Origin: an uncultured Phycisphaeraceae bacterium
GTDB lineage: Bacteria > Planctomycetota > Phycisphaerae > UBA1845
Assembly (NCBI GenBank): GCA_964424105.1
Contig: CAYRHJ010000016.1
Coordinates: 75,520-139,519, forward strand
DNA length: 64,000 nt
Direction of reading: 5' to 3'
Below the pieces are notes generated by a model. The model had not been told where the DNA came from. It ran no database searches and worked only from the letters and a program-made list of their open reading frames with translations. The translations under genes and the position numbers were made by a program. Shown here one piece after another: positions 17,726 to 27,581 of this stretch; the first letter of the stretch is position 1; each line of letters opens with the position of its first letter.

Positions 17726-20700
17726 TCAGGGCGTCCGCCGACGTCCTTGGCGGCGCATGCTCGAAAGTCCCAACACACACAAGGTCAAGTTGATCAGCCC
17801 GATGGCCCCGCATGGCGCCGCAGCGGAACCGCAGGACGGCGTTTCGTTCTGGGATGGAACCAGCACGTCATCATCGTCATCCGTAGAATTGTCTGGCACG
17901 ATGACATCGTCGTCATTGTCATTGACATTTTCGTTGTCCACGTCGGGATCAGGATCCGGTTCAGGATCGGGTTCGGGCTCCGGATCGGAATCTGGAATTT
18001 CCGACACGACGATGATTTCCGACGGACCGGCCTCGTTTTGACCGGCGGCGAATACGCTGAATTCGGAACGGACGGCCCAATAAGTCACCAGGTCGCCGTT
18101 GATTTCGAAACCATATTCACCGACCTGGGCGTCTTCCGGCGACGCCTGCCCGACGAATTCATCGCCTGCGCGTACCCAAGCCTGCAAGTCACCGTCGAAG
18201 ACATGCAAATCAACATCTTCCGGATCCAAGCCCAACTCGCTGATCAATGCCAGCGGCACGGTGAGTTGAATCGTGACGGTACCGCCGCCGAGATTGCCGT
18301 CGAAATCGATTTCCAAAGTTGTTCCCAGCGCCAATTCGCCCGAAAACCCCGCGAATGTCGATGACCCATTCACACCCGGAGGACCGTCATTGACCACGAG
18401 GCGAACCGATAGATTCGCCCCGGGAGTGGCTCCGCTCACATTGATCAATGCGTTGATATTTTCGGAATCAAGCGTCGTGGTCAGTGCGGCGTTGCCGTCA
18501 GCATCGACGTCGCCGTCTATCGAGACTCCCGGTTCATTATCCGGCGGTGGAGGAGGTGGAGGTCCACCGCCGCCGAACCCGCCCCCTCCGTCGGAAGGTG
18601 AGGGATCGTCACACGTATCAGTCGTTTCATTACACGTTTGTCCACCCGCGCAAGGATTCCCGCTGGACTGACAGACTCCTACGTTGCAGGTTTCCGTCCC
18701 CGTGCAAAACTGTCCGTCATTACAATCGTCATTGTCATCGCAGTCGCAGCGGTCTTGCGCTTCATTGCACACCCGTCCCGTGGCCACACAGGGATCGCCC
18801 GGCGAAGTGCAGACGCCCGTGGTGCACGTTTCCACACCGTTGCAAAAGTCGCCGTCCACGCAATCGTTGGTATTGTTATTCACGACTTGACAGCCGATTC
18901 CCAAAACACACGTCTGGTCCGTGCAAGGATTGCCGTCATCGCAGGCCGCATGGTCGGGAGTCGAAATACATTGATCGATGACGTCGTTGCAGGTGTCGAC
19001 CGTGCAGGCGATGCCGTCCGTGCAGTTGCGGTTGGCTCCGCCGCCGCAAACTCCCGCAGTGCACGTCTCGCCGACAGTGCAGAATTGCCCGTCGCTACAG
19101 GCCCCGCCCTGGTTGGTGGGTTGTGCCTGGCAATTACCCGTGCCTGCATTGCATACGCCGACATTGCAGGTGTTGTTCAACCCCGAACAATTGACCGCTG
19201 CGCCGGCACATACGCCGTCGTTGCATTGATCATTCGTCGTGCACAAATTTCCATCATTGCATGCGCCGCCGTCGTTGACGGACCTGGCTTCACACTGCCC
19301 GGTAACTAGATTGCATTGGCCGACGTTGCATACGTTGTCCAGGTGGGAGCAGTTGATGGGCGTTCCCGCGCAACTGCCATTGCTGCATGTATCGTTTTGC
19401 GTGCATATGAAACCGTCGTTGCACGCGGCCGTGTTATTGGGGTATTCACAAAACCCGGCGGGGCAGGTGTTGTCGGTGCAGGGATTGTTGTCATTGCATT
19501 CTGCGGCATTATTGCACGGTTGACAACCGCCGATCGGTGTTCCGAGACAAACGCCACCATTGCAACGATCGTCTTGCGTGCAAACGTCCGCATCGTCGCA
19601 AGGCCCGTTCTGGTTCGCCGGTACGGGTTGACACTGACCGTTAGTGGGATTGCACGCGCCGTTGTTGCAGTCGTCGTCCAGAACGGAACAATCAACAGCC
19701 GTTCCGGCGCAGGCACCAGCGGCACACAGATCCGTGGTCGTGCAATTATTTCCATCGTTGCAACCCCCGCCTTCATTATCGGCCAAGACCAAATCACAGT
19801 TGCCGTCGGCGCCGGCTGGGTTGCATGACAGTCGCGTGCACGGATCGCCGCTGTCCGGACACGTTACTGCCGTGCTTTCGCAATCGCCGTTCGAACACGC
19901 GTCATCCGTGCAGGGGTTTTCGTCGCTGCACGAGTTGGAATCGTCGGGCGCAAACAAGCAGCCCAGTCCGACGAAACAAGCGTCGTCCGTGCAAGTTTTA
20001 TTGTCGTTGCAGAGATTGTCGTTGGGTGTCTGCACGCACTGCTCGGCGATCTCGTCGCACGTGTCCACCGTACAGGCAAAGTTGTCATTGCATGGGTTGG
20101 CTGACCCGCCGCCGCATTCGCCCGCAGTGCACGTTTCGCCGATGTTGCAAAACAGGCCGTCATCGCAGGCCCCGTCTTCATTGGATGCCTGTTGTTCACA
20201 GACGCCCGTCAAGACATTGCAGACCCCTACGTTGCAGTCGTCGTCCAAATGCGAGCAGTCGACGGCCACGCCACCGCAGACACCGTCCGTGCAAGCGTCC
20301 GTGGTCGTACAGGGCAATCCATCATCACACAAATTCGTATCGTCGTTCGTGGACGTACAGAACCCGGACACGTCGTCGCAGTCGTCGTCCGTACACGCAT
20401 TGCCGTCGTCGCATTCACCATCTTCAAGACAGTCACAATCGGCCAAGAATGCACCGGAACAGTTTCCGCCGTTACAGGTGTCCGGATCCGTGCATTTGTT
20501 CGCGTCATCACATGCACCGCCCTCGTTGGCCGGCACCTGCACACATTGACTGGTCTGGGGATTGCACAAGCCCTCGTTGCAGGCGTCGTCGAAATCGGAA
20601 CAGTCCACCGGCGTTCCCGCACACGTTCCGCCCGTGCAGATATCAACGGTGGTGCAGCCATTGCCGTCATTGCAACCAGCGGCTTCGTTGATCGGCTGGG

Positions 20701-21709
20701 CCACGCAAACGCCCGCATTGCAGACGCCGACGTTGCAGGCATCGTTCAGATTGGAACAATCGATCGCGGTTCCCGCGCAGACACCGTTGGAACAAGTGTC
20801 ATTCTGTGTGCAAAGGTTTCCGTCATTGCATGCAGCCGTATTGTTCACTGTCGTGCAATCGCCGCCATTGCAAGTGTTTGTCGTGCAGGGATTGCCGTCC
20901 GAGCAGTCTCCATTGTCATCGCACAGACATTTCCGCGAGTCTTCGTCGCAAGCCTGGCCGGGACATGGAGCAGCACCCGGTTGGCAGACGCCGTCCACAC
21001 AGGTTTCCCCGTCGCAGAATAGGCACGTGACCTGGCTACAGGAGCACCCATCGTCGTTGGTGTTCTCCTCCGGCGGGGTAGCGGCGCACAGATCCGTGCA
21101 ATTTCCGACTGAATCGCCATCGGCGTCGCCTTCGACCCCCGACACGTTCAGTACCGTCGAACCCAACGTCCCGGTTACGATTTCTCCGAAGCCTTCCCCC
21201 GCAACCTGCGTTTGAAGTCCAGCCCGTTGCGCTTCGATTCGCACGGTCGTGCTACAGCCCGCGGTCAGGGCGCGAAATTCAATCACGTCAACCACAAGAC
21301 CGTCGGCATCAGCGACCGGTAACTGCAAGACGATGGGCAGATTTTCGTACATGGCGTCGCCGTCGTTGAATGGGCGACCGGTTTGATTCACTCCGTCGTT
21401 CAACGAACGGGTCGGAAAGAAACCTGATTCGAACCAATTGTGCCCCTGATTGGGAATGCGTCGGCGGATTTCGACTACGCGAGGATCCCAGGTCAGAACT
21501 ACCGTCGTGGAGAAAAACGTTAGATTGCTGGGGTCGTTGGTTCGGGCGATGATTTGGACGTTGAAATTCTGCCCGACCGCGACGTTATTGGTCGCCGCGT
21601 TCAGTTCAAGATCAACCAATGTCCCGCCGGCATGAACAGCCGAGCCGCCTAGACCTGTCGCAAGCACGAAACTCCACCGCACCACTGCATTCCGCCGTAG
21701 GCCATCCAT
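17726..21709 (-). CDS. giant (1327 aa) anchored surface protein: cohesin-like N-domain, Cys-rich repeats, pre-anchor module, acidic stalk, CG...RRR C-terminal tail
   Basis: GGGAGG 8 nt upstream of the ATG at 21709, and a signal peptide. Cohesin-like module ~21125-21628 (VGQNFNVQIIARTN...VVLTWDPRVV). About 800 aa of Cys-rich repeats. Gly/Pro linker ~18535-18605. Module ending WAVRSEFSVFAAGQ. PDSDPEPEPDPEPDPDPD stalk. Tail PCGAIGLINLTLCVLGLSSMRRQGRRRTP. Confidence 0.9.
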   Translation of the reverse strand: MDGLRRNAVVRWSFVLATGLGGSAVHAGGTLVDLELNAATNNVAVGQNFNVQIIARTNDPSNLTFFSTTVVLTWDPRVVEIRRRIPNQGHNWFESGFFPTRSLNDGVNQTGRPFNDGDAMYENLPIVLQLPVADADGLVVDVIEFRALTAGCSTTVRIEAQRAGLQTQVAGEGFGEIVTGTLGSTVLNVSGVEGDADGDSVGNCTDLCAATPPEENTNDDGCSCSQVTCLFCDGETCVDGVCQPGAAPCPGQACDEDSRKCLCDDNGDCSDGNPCTTNTCNGGDCTTVNNTAACNDGNLCTQNDTCSNGVCAGTAIDCSNLNDACNVGVCNAGVCVAQPINEAAGCNDGNGCTTVDICTGGTCAGTPVDCSDFDDACNEGLCNPQTSQCVQVPANEGGACDDANKCTDPDTCNGGNCSGAFLADCDCLEDGECDDGNACTDDDCDDVSGFCTSTNDDTNLCDDGLPCTTTDACTDGVCGGVAVDCSHLDDDCNVGVCNVLTGVCEQQASNEDGACDDGLFCNIGETCTAGECGGGSANPCNDNFACTVDTCDEIAEQCVQTPNDNLCNDNKTCTDDACFVGLGCLFAPDDSNSCSDENPCTDDACSNGDCESTAVTCPDSGDPCTRLSCNPAGADGNCDLVLADNEGGGCNDGNNCTTTDLCAAGACAGTAVDCSVLDDDCNNGACNPTNGQCQPVPANQNGPCDDADVCTQDDRCNGGVCLGTPIGGCQPCNNAAECNDNNPCTDNTCPAGFCEYPNNTAACNDGFICTQNDTCSNGSCAGTPINCSHLDNVCNVGQCNLVTGQCEARSVNDGGACNDGNLCTTNDQCNDGVCAGAAVNCSGLNNTCNVGVCNAGTGNCQAQPTNQGGACSDGQFCTVGETCTAGVCGGGANRNCTDGIACTVDTCNDVIDQCISTPDHAACDDGNPCTDQTCVLGIGCQVVNNNTNDCVDGDFCNGVETCTTGVCTSPGDPCVATGRVCNEAQDRCDCDDNDDCNDGQFCTGTETCNVGVCQSSGNPCAGGQTCNETTDTCDDPSPSDGGGGFGGGGPPPPPPPDNEPGVSIDGDVDADGNAALTTTLDSENINALINVSGATPGANLSVRLVVNDGPPGVNGSSTFAGFSGELALGTTLEIDFDGNLGGGTVTIQLTVPLALISELGLDPEDVDLHVFDGDLQAWVRAGDEFVGQASPEDAQVGEYGFEINGDLVTYWAVRSEFSVFAAGQNEAGPSEIIVVSEIPDSDPEPEPDPEPDPDPDVDNENVNDNDDDVIVPDNSTDDDDDVLVPSQNETPSCGSAAAPCGAIGLINLTLCVLGLSSMRRQGRRRTP

Positions 21710-21961
21710 CGAAGCTGCCTCCCTGGATCCATCCAGTCAATCGACGCCCGCCATGGGCGAGCCACTCTTCATTACGATATCCGCGCCATCAAACGCGTCG
21801 CAGTCCGATATTCCCGCGTCGCGCGCTCGGGTTCCCGATCTATAGTATACGGTACCCGAGAGAATACCTGATATCCGTTTTTTGGGAGCCGTTGAAGAAA
21901 TTCGAATAACGCGAAATTAGGGAGTTATCGGCCATGATTCTCCAAGGCCCCCAAACAAACA

Positions 21962-21991
21962 GGCCATCCGGCGGCGAACCGCCGAATGGCC
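21962..21991 (-). terminator. hairpin terminator downstream of the 22020-27581 giant gene (possibly bidirectional)
   Basis: GGCCATCCGGCGG-CGAA-CCGCCGAATGGCC forms a 13-bp stem with 12 of 13 positions paired. On the minus strand it is followed by TGTTTGTTTGG. On the plus strand a T7 run lies 6 nt downstream. Confidence 0.55.
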
Positions 21992-22019
21992 GATGGGTTT
22001 TTTTGAAAAGCAAACCGGC

Positions 22020-25000
22020 TTAGCGCCCACTACGCGGGTTCACGCCGCCACTGATGTCCTGCAAAGCAGCAGCCTGCCGGACCTCCTGCGAGACGACCAA
22101 CCCGACGGTGTCGGCCACATCAACCACGTCACGCATGTCGAAAACGCCGTTGCCGTCCACATCGAGCCGGCGGGCCGTTTCCGCACCCACCTGCCGGGAC
22201 AGGTCGCTCATCGTCATGCTCAAACGGGTGGACTGCGCACCGCCGGCAAAATTCGGACTGGGCGTGCACAAGCCGTCCAATTCGTCACCAATCTGACAGC
22301 ACTGGCCGTCGAGTGGCCGCGGGAAGTTCGTAACCAGACACTGGAAATCGAACTGGTCCACGAATCCGTCCCCGGTCATGTCCGTATGGAACGGCGGTGG
22401 CGGAACGTCGTCGCAATCCGTATCACCCGGGTACAGCGGCTGCGAACGCACCAGGTCACCTAGCAATCCGCCGAAGTCGGCCACTTCAACGATGTTGTCA
22501 TCGTTGATGTCACCGCAAATCAGCGTGTCGATGCCGGTGAAATCAGCCGTGAACCGTGTACCGTCCGTGCCCAGGAAGATGGTCTGGCGCAACGTATGGA
22601 ACTGGTCCTTGGCGCTGATGCTGGTCCAATCGCCGCACGGGATCATGACCTTGGCAGTCGCAAAGCCCGTGTCCGAAAAGTTCATCTGAAGTCGGAAATC
22701 ATGGGCTGTGTCCGAATCGCAATCGAACAATGTAAACGATACACAACGATTGGTTTCGGTGTTGATCGCCTGGGCAGACACGGAGATGTCCAGCCAAGTC
22801 GTATCTTCCACGCACACCTCAAAGCCGCACGACGCCTGATTCACACCGTCGCGGGCAATACAGGTCACCGACGTACAACCCGTGTCGAACTTGCTGTTCG
22901 GTGCCGGATCACACTCGATGATCGGATTGGGATCGCAGTTGTCCGTGGCCGTAGCCACGAAACCCACGATCGCACCGCAGTTGCCCGCGTCGGACTTAAT
23001 CCCACGGATGTCGTCCGGACAGAACGGCGTCGGCGGCACGCCGTCCACGATCACGATGTTGAACGTGCACACCGACTCCAGGTCGCACCCGTCTGTGGCC
23101 GTGCACGTGATGTGGTGCGAGCCGACCACGAACGTGTCGCCCGCGCGGACGATGTTTCCAAAATCGTCACGGCAGACCAGATCCGGATCACCACAGTTGT
23201 CCAACGCCGAAACAATGAACCCGTCGTTCTCGGTGACGATGGTCTCGCACGTTCCAGCGTCTACAGCCTTGGTGATGTCCAACGGGCAGAAGACCTGCGG
23301 CGCTTCGTCATCACGAACGCTGATGTTAAAGCAACATTCATCGGTGTTGCCCGATGCATCCGTCGCGTCGCAGCAAACTTCCGCGGAGTTCATGCAACCA
23401 CCCGTGAGGATACTGACGGTCACGGGACTGCTCGGGTCGCATTGCGCGCTCGCACCGGGGCAATTGTCATTCGCGTTGGCTGAGAACGTAATCTCCGCCG
23501 AGCAAAGACCATCATCGGTGCCCACGTTCTGATCCGGCGGGCACTTGGCCACCGGGTCCTGATTGTCGGCCACACACACGTCGAATTCACAGCAAGTCCG
23601 ATTCCCGCACGGATCCGAAGCACAGGCCTCGACGGTCGTGCAACCCACCGGGAACACGGCGAACGGTGCGATAAGCTCGAAACCGTTTCCGAAATCGGCA
23701 CGATAGGAAACCGGCACGGGGCCGCCCAGGCAGCGATCTTCCGCCGTCACCGTCAGCACCACCGTTTGCTCGCAAGCACCCGGCGGAGCTTTCACTTCGA
23801 TATCGCCGCAACCGGTCAGCACCGGACCAACGGTATCGACGATATCAATGCCTTGGATGCAAACGGACTCGACGTCGCTGTTGCCGCAGGAATCCGTACA
23901 GGCCCAGGTACGTTCCAACGTTCCCGTACCATTGCAACCGGTCAGGGTGCTGGGATCGTCCGTGAAACCGCACGTCACCTCGCCGGCGCAATTGTCCTTG
24001 CCGAAGGTTTCTCCGCAGATCGCTGGATCGAACGGATCGCCACATTCCACGCGGCACGGCTCACCTTGCAACGGGCAATTGGCCGTCGGGGCCGTGTTGT
24101 CCAATAGATCGACCACGTGGACGACGTCCGCAGCCGCCGGGATCTGACTGCAATCCGTCGCGCTGATCGTGATCTCCGCCCGCGCCGGACAATCCGTCAG
24201 ACTGTGAACCAGAACGTCACAGCAGAAATCAACCCTGTCGACGGCGACTTGTGTAAACTCACAACTGCCATCGTGGGCTGCGAAGGAGTACGAGGCATTG
24301 GTTGCATTGACCGTAAACCTCAATCCCGATTCCTCGACGCAGCAGTTGTCAGTGACCGATCCGCACACGCGAATCGTCGAATCGCACACATCGGCGCTGA
24401 GCTTGACCGGTGACGTCGGCGGATCGCTCACCAGCACCGGCGGGGTGCTTTCCGTAACCGTGATCCGCTGCTCGCAACGGGCCTGTTCGGAATCACAGGA
24501 GGTCGCCCCGTAGGTGCGAACAAACACCGGCGGATCCGAATTCGGGTCCCGATCCGTGCTCACGCATTTGACGAGCGGATCCGTACCGCAACCGCCGGTC
24601 GCCGTACCACCCTGCGCCTCAAACTCAGTCAGGTCTTCGGCACAGGCGGGAACGTCGTCGAAGCACTCCACTTCGATGTCGGCAGGACACAATATGGTCG
24701 GCGGGACGTTGTTCTCGATCGTTCCGACCTGAGTGGCCACGACGTCATTGCCGCAGCAGTCGGTTGCGTTGACCAACACTTCAACGTCGGTCCTGCAACA
24801 GGTAATGTCCGTTACATTAACCTTGCCCGAAATGCACACCGTATTCGGACCCTTCTGGAGCAGGCTGAACGCCGGATCCTGGGCATTGCCGCAGCCGCCC
24901 ACAACCGTCGCGCTGACCTTGACCTGCGACTGATTGAGACAGCACGAGTCGCTCCAGCAACCTTCGAACGACAGCGTACCACTGCAATCGCCCGTAATGG

Positions 25001-27581
25001 AGTCCTCGACGGCTTTGTCATCGAAAACCTCCAGGAACCCGGTCGATGGCGGCGTGTTGTCGAACACCTCCGTAGTGAAAATCACTTCGTCGGCCCGATT
25101 CCCGCAGCAATCCATCCCGTTCACACGGATGCCCACCACAGCCGGGCAGGAAGAAACGTTCGAGACGGGGATGGTCGCACAGAAACGCACCGAACCGTCC
25201 GGGTTCACCCCGATCTGCTTGGTCATGGGGCCCAAGGTCGCCGCACCCGAAACCAAGAGACCCTGGATCGTGATCGTGTTTTGAATGGCCGAATCCGTGC
25301 AGCAATTGTCACGAAGGACACCACAGATCTCGACGTTGCTTCTGCAAGTGTTCGGATCCACCTTCACGACCAGTTCATCGGTCGAGCGACGCTCGATCAC
25401 CGGCTTGATGTTGTCGGTAACCTCCACCTTGGTCGACTCAGACGCCTCACCGCCGCAGCAGTCCACGGCGTCGACGAAAATCTGAACCGACGCCGGGCAG
25501 GCACGCAGCTTGCGCACGTCAACGAATCCATCGACGCGAACGGTCTTTTCGTCGATTTGCGTGACCGTGTACTCCGGACGGAACCGGGCATCACAGGTCT
25601 GCAAGCTGCTTGGAGCCGCGCCGCGCGATGACTTCTCGAAACGCGACGGGCGACGGAGGAAGTCCGTCCGTGAGACGGTCGAGCCTTGCGACGGCGAGGG
25701 GCCTCCGACATCCGTGCACGTGCCGTCGATACCGCAGAACGGCGTGGGAGCGGCGCAATCGCCGTCCGTCTGGCACGGGCGACAGAACATGGTTTGGGAG
25801 TCGCAGATCGGCTCAAATTCGCCGCAGTCCGCGTTGCTCATGCAAAACTCGCAATCCGATCCGCCGTCGAACAATACGCTGACGCGGATGTTCTCCGCTT
25901 CAATGCAGCAGTCATCTGTGATGACCGCTTTGAAATCCACCTGGCCGATACAGGCGTCGTCCACCTTGTCACCGCTGGCCGTCAAATCGATGACGGGGTC
26001 CTCCCCGTCGATGATCACGCGAGGCAAATCCTCCAGGGGTGGTTGGATTTTGGCACCTTCCTGCGTGGTAATTCGGTTCGGCGGGTCCACGTGGTCACGA
26101 TCGAACCGTACCAGAGCAACGCCGCCGCAAGCACCCGTACTGATGGCCGTGAACTCCAATCGGACCATCGTGTTGGCGTCCATCGTGCCGTCCGACTCCG
26201 GACCAAACAGCGGCGAACCCACGATGTATTCGATCACACCCTCTCCCGGAGGGCCTCCGTTGACGTCATGGAATTGAAACAGCTCACGATCGAACGGATT
26301 GTTCGGGTCGAGTTCATCCGGATCGCCCGGCGTCGCGTCGTTAAACAGCAATTGCGTATTGTCGTAAAAGAGGAAGAACTCGCCACCAACGATGAACTCG
26401 CCCTGATCCCTCAGGTTAATCAGAATGACGATGGGTTCACCTTCCTGGTAGCACTCCTCCTCCGGCGCCAGAAAAACCACGCCCGTGCAGTAGTAGGCCA
26501 CACCCGGTGGGAAACCGGAGGGATCGACCACCTTGTGGACGGATCCGAATGCCGGCTCATTCACCTCCGCCAAGCCCGTCGGCGAACCAGGCCCAGAACT
26601 GACGTTGAACAGCTTCAAGGGGGTACCATCGAACAGAGCATTCAACTCGTTGATCAAACTGGACGTGGCGAAAATCTCGATGCCCACGCTGATGTCCGTG
26701 TAGGAGTTGCCCGTCAACAGAATCCCTGAAGAAGGTGTAATTCCCGCTGGGGCTGGACCGCCGCCAAAATTCGGTTCGATCCGCACGCCAACACCAGGGA
26801 TCTCGAAACAATCCTTGAAACTCTCGCGACCGTCGGCGATGTTACTGATGGAGTTGTCGGTAATGGATGCACCCAGTCCAGCCGCCGCACCCCCGACGTT
26901 AGACAAGCTGATCCCGATCCCCTGAACGCTGGAGGTACAACCGTTCGGCCCATAGGGAGCGGCGGCCGCATCGTTGGGAAACTCCCCACCGATATTGGAA
27001 ATGGCATTGCAGGAGATGTTCAAATCACTCAGCGAGCCTCCAAACGCATTCCCCCGGATGCCGTACGCCGTAGAAAGGCTTTGAGACGCGTTAAAAATCT
27101 GAGCGCCACCAAGAATAATGTTGTTCAATACGTTGATGTTGCTCAGGTCCTCTTTAGATCCCTCAATGCTGACACCCGCCGAGAACACACTGCTGAGGAT
27201 CGCGAATCCATCTACCGTGACGTTGCTGGACGTAATCTCAACACCCGAACCACCGGAGAAAATGAATGACTCCGTCAACGGTGCGCCACCAAAAAATTCA
27301 GGCAGCGTCCGGCTCGTCGCGCAGACACCCGCTTGCGCGCCGAGTAAGGTCAGCCCTTTGTTGATCGACACGCTCGAGTATTCGCCAGCCGCGACGTGAA
27401 CCGTTCCCCCCTCGTCCACGGCATCAACGCCGCCTTGGATCGAACAATACGGATCCGCCTCCGTTCCAGCCCCCGGACACGCGTTCGACGAATCGACGAA
27501 CACCTCAGGATCCCCGGCTTTCGCCACCCCACCTGCCAGCGAAAACGCCAGCAGCGCAATCCACATCTTTGTCGCTCTCAT
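22020..27581 (-). CDS. giant (1853 aa) secreted protein: beta-helix, cohesin-like module, DCCG/HYR-like modules, C-terminal dockerin/EF-hand-like loops
   Basis: Signal peptide MRATKMWIALLAFSLAGGVAKA. N-terminal DPYCSIQGGVDAVDEGGTVHVAAGEY beta-helix cap (~26590-27515). Cohesin-like ~26000-26460. About four modules ending A.DCCGN. About four HYR-like repeats (PP...CP.D......G.C...V...A.DNC) at ~22800-24110. Ca loops GDINDDNIVEVADF, TDMTGDGFVDQFDF and LDVDGNGVFDMRDV at ~22090-22530. Confidence 0.9.
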   Translation of the reverse strand: MRATKMWIALLAFSLAGGVAKAGDPEVFVDSSNACPGAGTEADPYCSIQGGVDAVDEGGTVHVAAGEYSSVSINKGLTLLGAQAGVCATSRTLPEFFGGAPLTESFIFSGGSGVEITSSNVTVDGFAILSSVFSAGVSIEGSKEDLSNINVLNNIILGGAQIFNASQSLSTAYGIRGNAFGGSLSDLNISCNAISNIGGEFPNDAAAAPYGPNGCTSSVQGIGISLSNVGGAAAGLGASITDNSISNIADGRESFKDCFEIPGVGVRIEPNFGGGPAPAGITPSSGILLTGNSYTDISVGIEIFATSSLINELNALFDGTPLKLFNVSSGPGSPTGLAEVNEPAFGSVHKVVDPSGFPPGVAYYCTGVVFLAPEEECYQEGEPIVILINLRDQGEFIVGGEFFLFYDNTQLLFNDATPGDPDELDPNNPFDRELFQFHDVNGGPPGEGVIEYIVGSPLFGPESDGTMDANTMVRLEFTAISTGACGGVALVRFDRDHVDPPNRITTQEGAKIQPPLEDLPRVIIDGEDPVIDLTASGDKVDDACIGQVDFKAVITDDCCIEAENIRVSVLFDGGSDCEFCMSNADCGEFEPICDSQTMFCRPCQTDGDCAAPTPFCGIDGTCTDVGGPSPSQGSTVSRTDFLRRPSRFEKSSRGAAPSSLQTCDARFRPEYTVTQIDEKTVRVDGFVDVRKLRACPASVQIFVDAVDCCGGEASESTKVEVTDNIKPVIERRSTDELVVKVDPNTCRSNVEICGVLRDNCCTDSAIQNTITIQGLLVSGAATLGPMTKQIGVNPDGSVRFCATIPVSNVSSCPAVVGIRVNGMDCCGNRADEVIFTTEVFDNTPPSTGFLEVFDDKAVEDSITGDCSGTLSFEGCWSDSCCLNQSQVKVSATVVGGCGNAQDPAFSLLQKGPNTVCISGKVNVTDITCCRTDVEVLVNATDCCGNDVVATQVGTIENNVPPTILCPADIEVECFDDVPACAEDLTEFEAQGGTATGGCGTDPLVKCVSTDRDPNSDPPVFVRTYGATSCDSEQARCEQRITVTESTPPVLVSDPPTSPVKLSADVCDSTIRVCGSVTDNCCVEESGLRFTVNATNASYSFAAHDGSCEFTQVAVDRVDFCCDVLVHSLTDCPARAEITISATDCSQIPAAADVVHVVDLLDNTAPTANCPLQGEPCRVECGDPFDPAICGETFGKDNCAGEVTCGFTDDPSTLTGCNGTGTLERTWACTDSCGNSDVESVCIQGIDIVDTVGPVLTGCGDIEVKAPPGACEQTVVLTVTAEDRCLGGPVPVSYRADFGNGFELIAPFAVFPVGCTTVEACASDPCGNRTCCEFDVCVADNQDPVAKCPPDQNVGTDDGLCSAEITFSANANDNCPGASAQCDPSSPVTVSILTGGCMNSAEVCCDATDASGNTDECCFNISVRDDEAPQVFCPLDITKAVDAGTCETIVTENDGFIVSALDNCGDPDLVCRDDFGNIVRAGDTFVVGSHHITCTATDGCDLESVCTFNIVIVDGVPPTPFCPDDIRGIKSDAGNCGAIVGFVATATDNCDPNPIIECDPAPNSKFDTGCTSVTCIARDGVNQASCGFEVCVEDTTWLDISVSAQAINTETNRCVSFTLFDCDSDTAHDFRLQMNFSDTGFATAKVMIPCGDWTSISAKDQFHTLRQTIFLGTDGTRFTADFTGIDTLICGDINDDNIVEVADFGGLLGDLVRSQPLYPGDTDCDDVPPPPFHTDMTGDGFVDQFDFQCLVTNFPRPLDGQCCQIGDELDGLCTPSPNFAGGAQSTRLSMTMSDLSRQVGAETARRLDVDGNGVFDMRDVVDVADTVGLVVSQEVRQAAALQDISGGVNPRSGR

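Noticed and set aside
19644-20549. Many 100-350-aa plus-strand ORFs inside the three minus-strand giant genes (for example 18638-19309, 19644-20549, 20192-21022, 22596-23483, 25510-26277, 25686-26729, 29856-30386, 33159-33818), and minus-strand ORFs inside the plus-strand giants (3812-4681, 35640-36545, 36472-37224)
   Set aside because: They are shadow frames kept open by the biased, repetitive codon composition of the Cys/Asp/Gly/Asn-rich genes. Only the giant frames have an SD sequence, a signal peptide and coherent domain structure.
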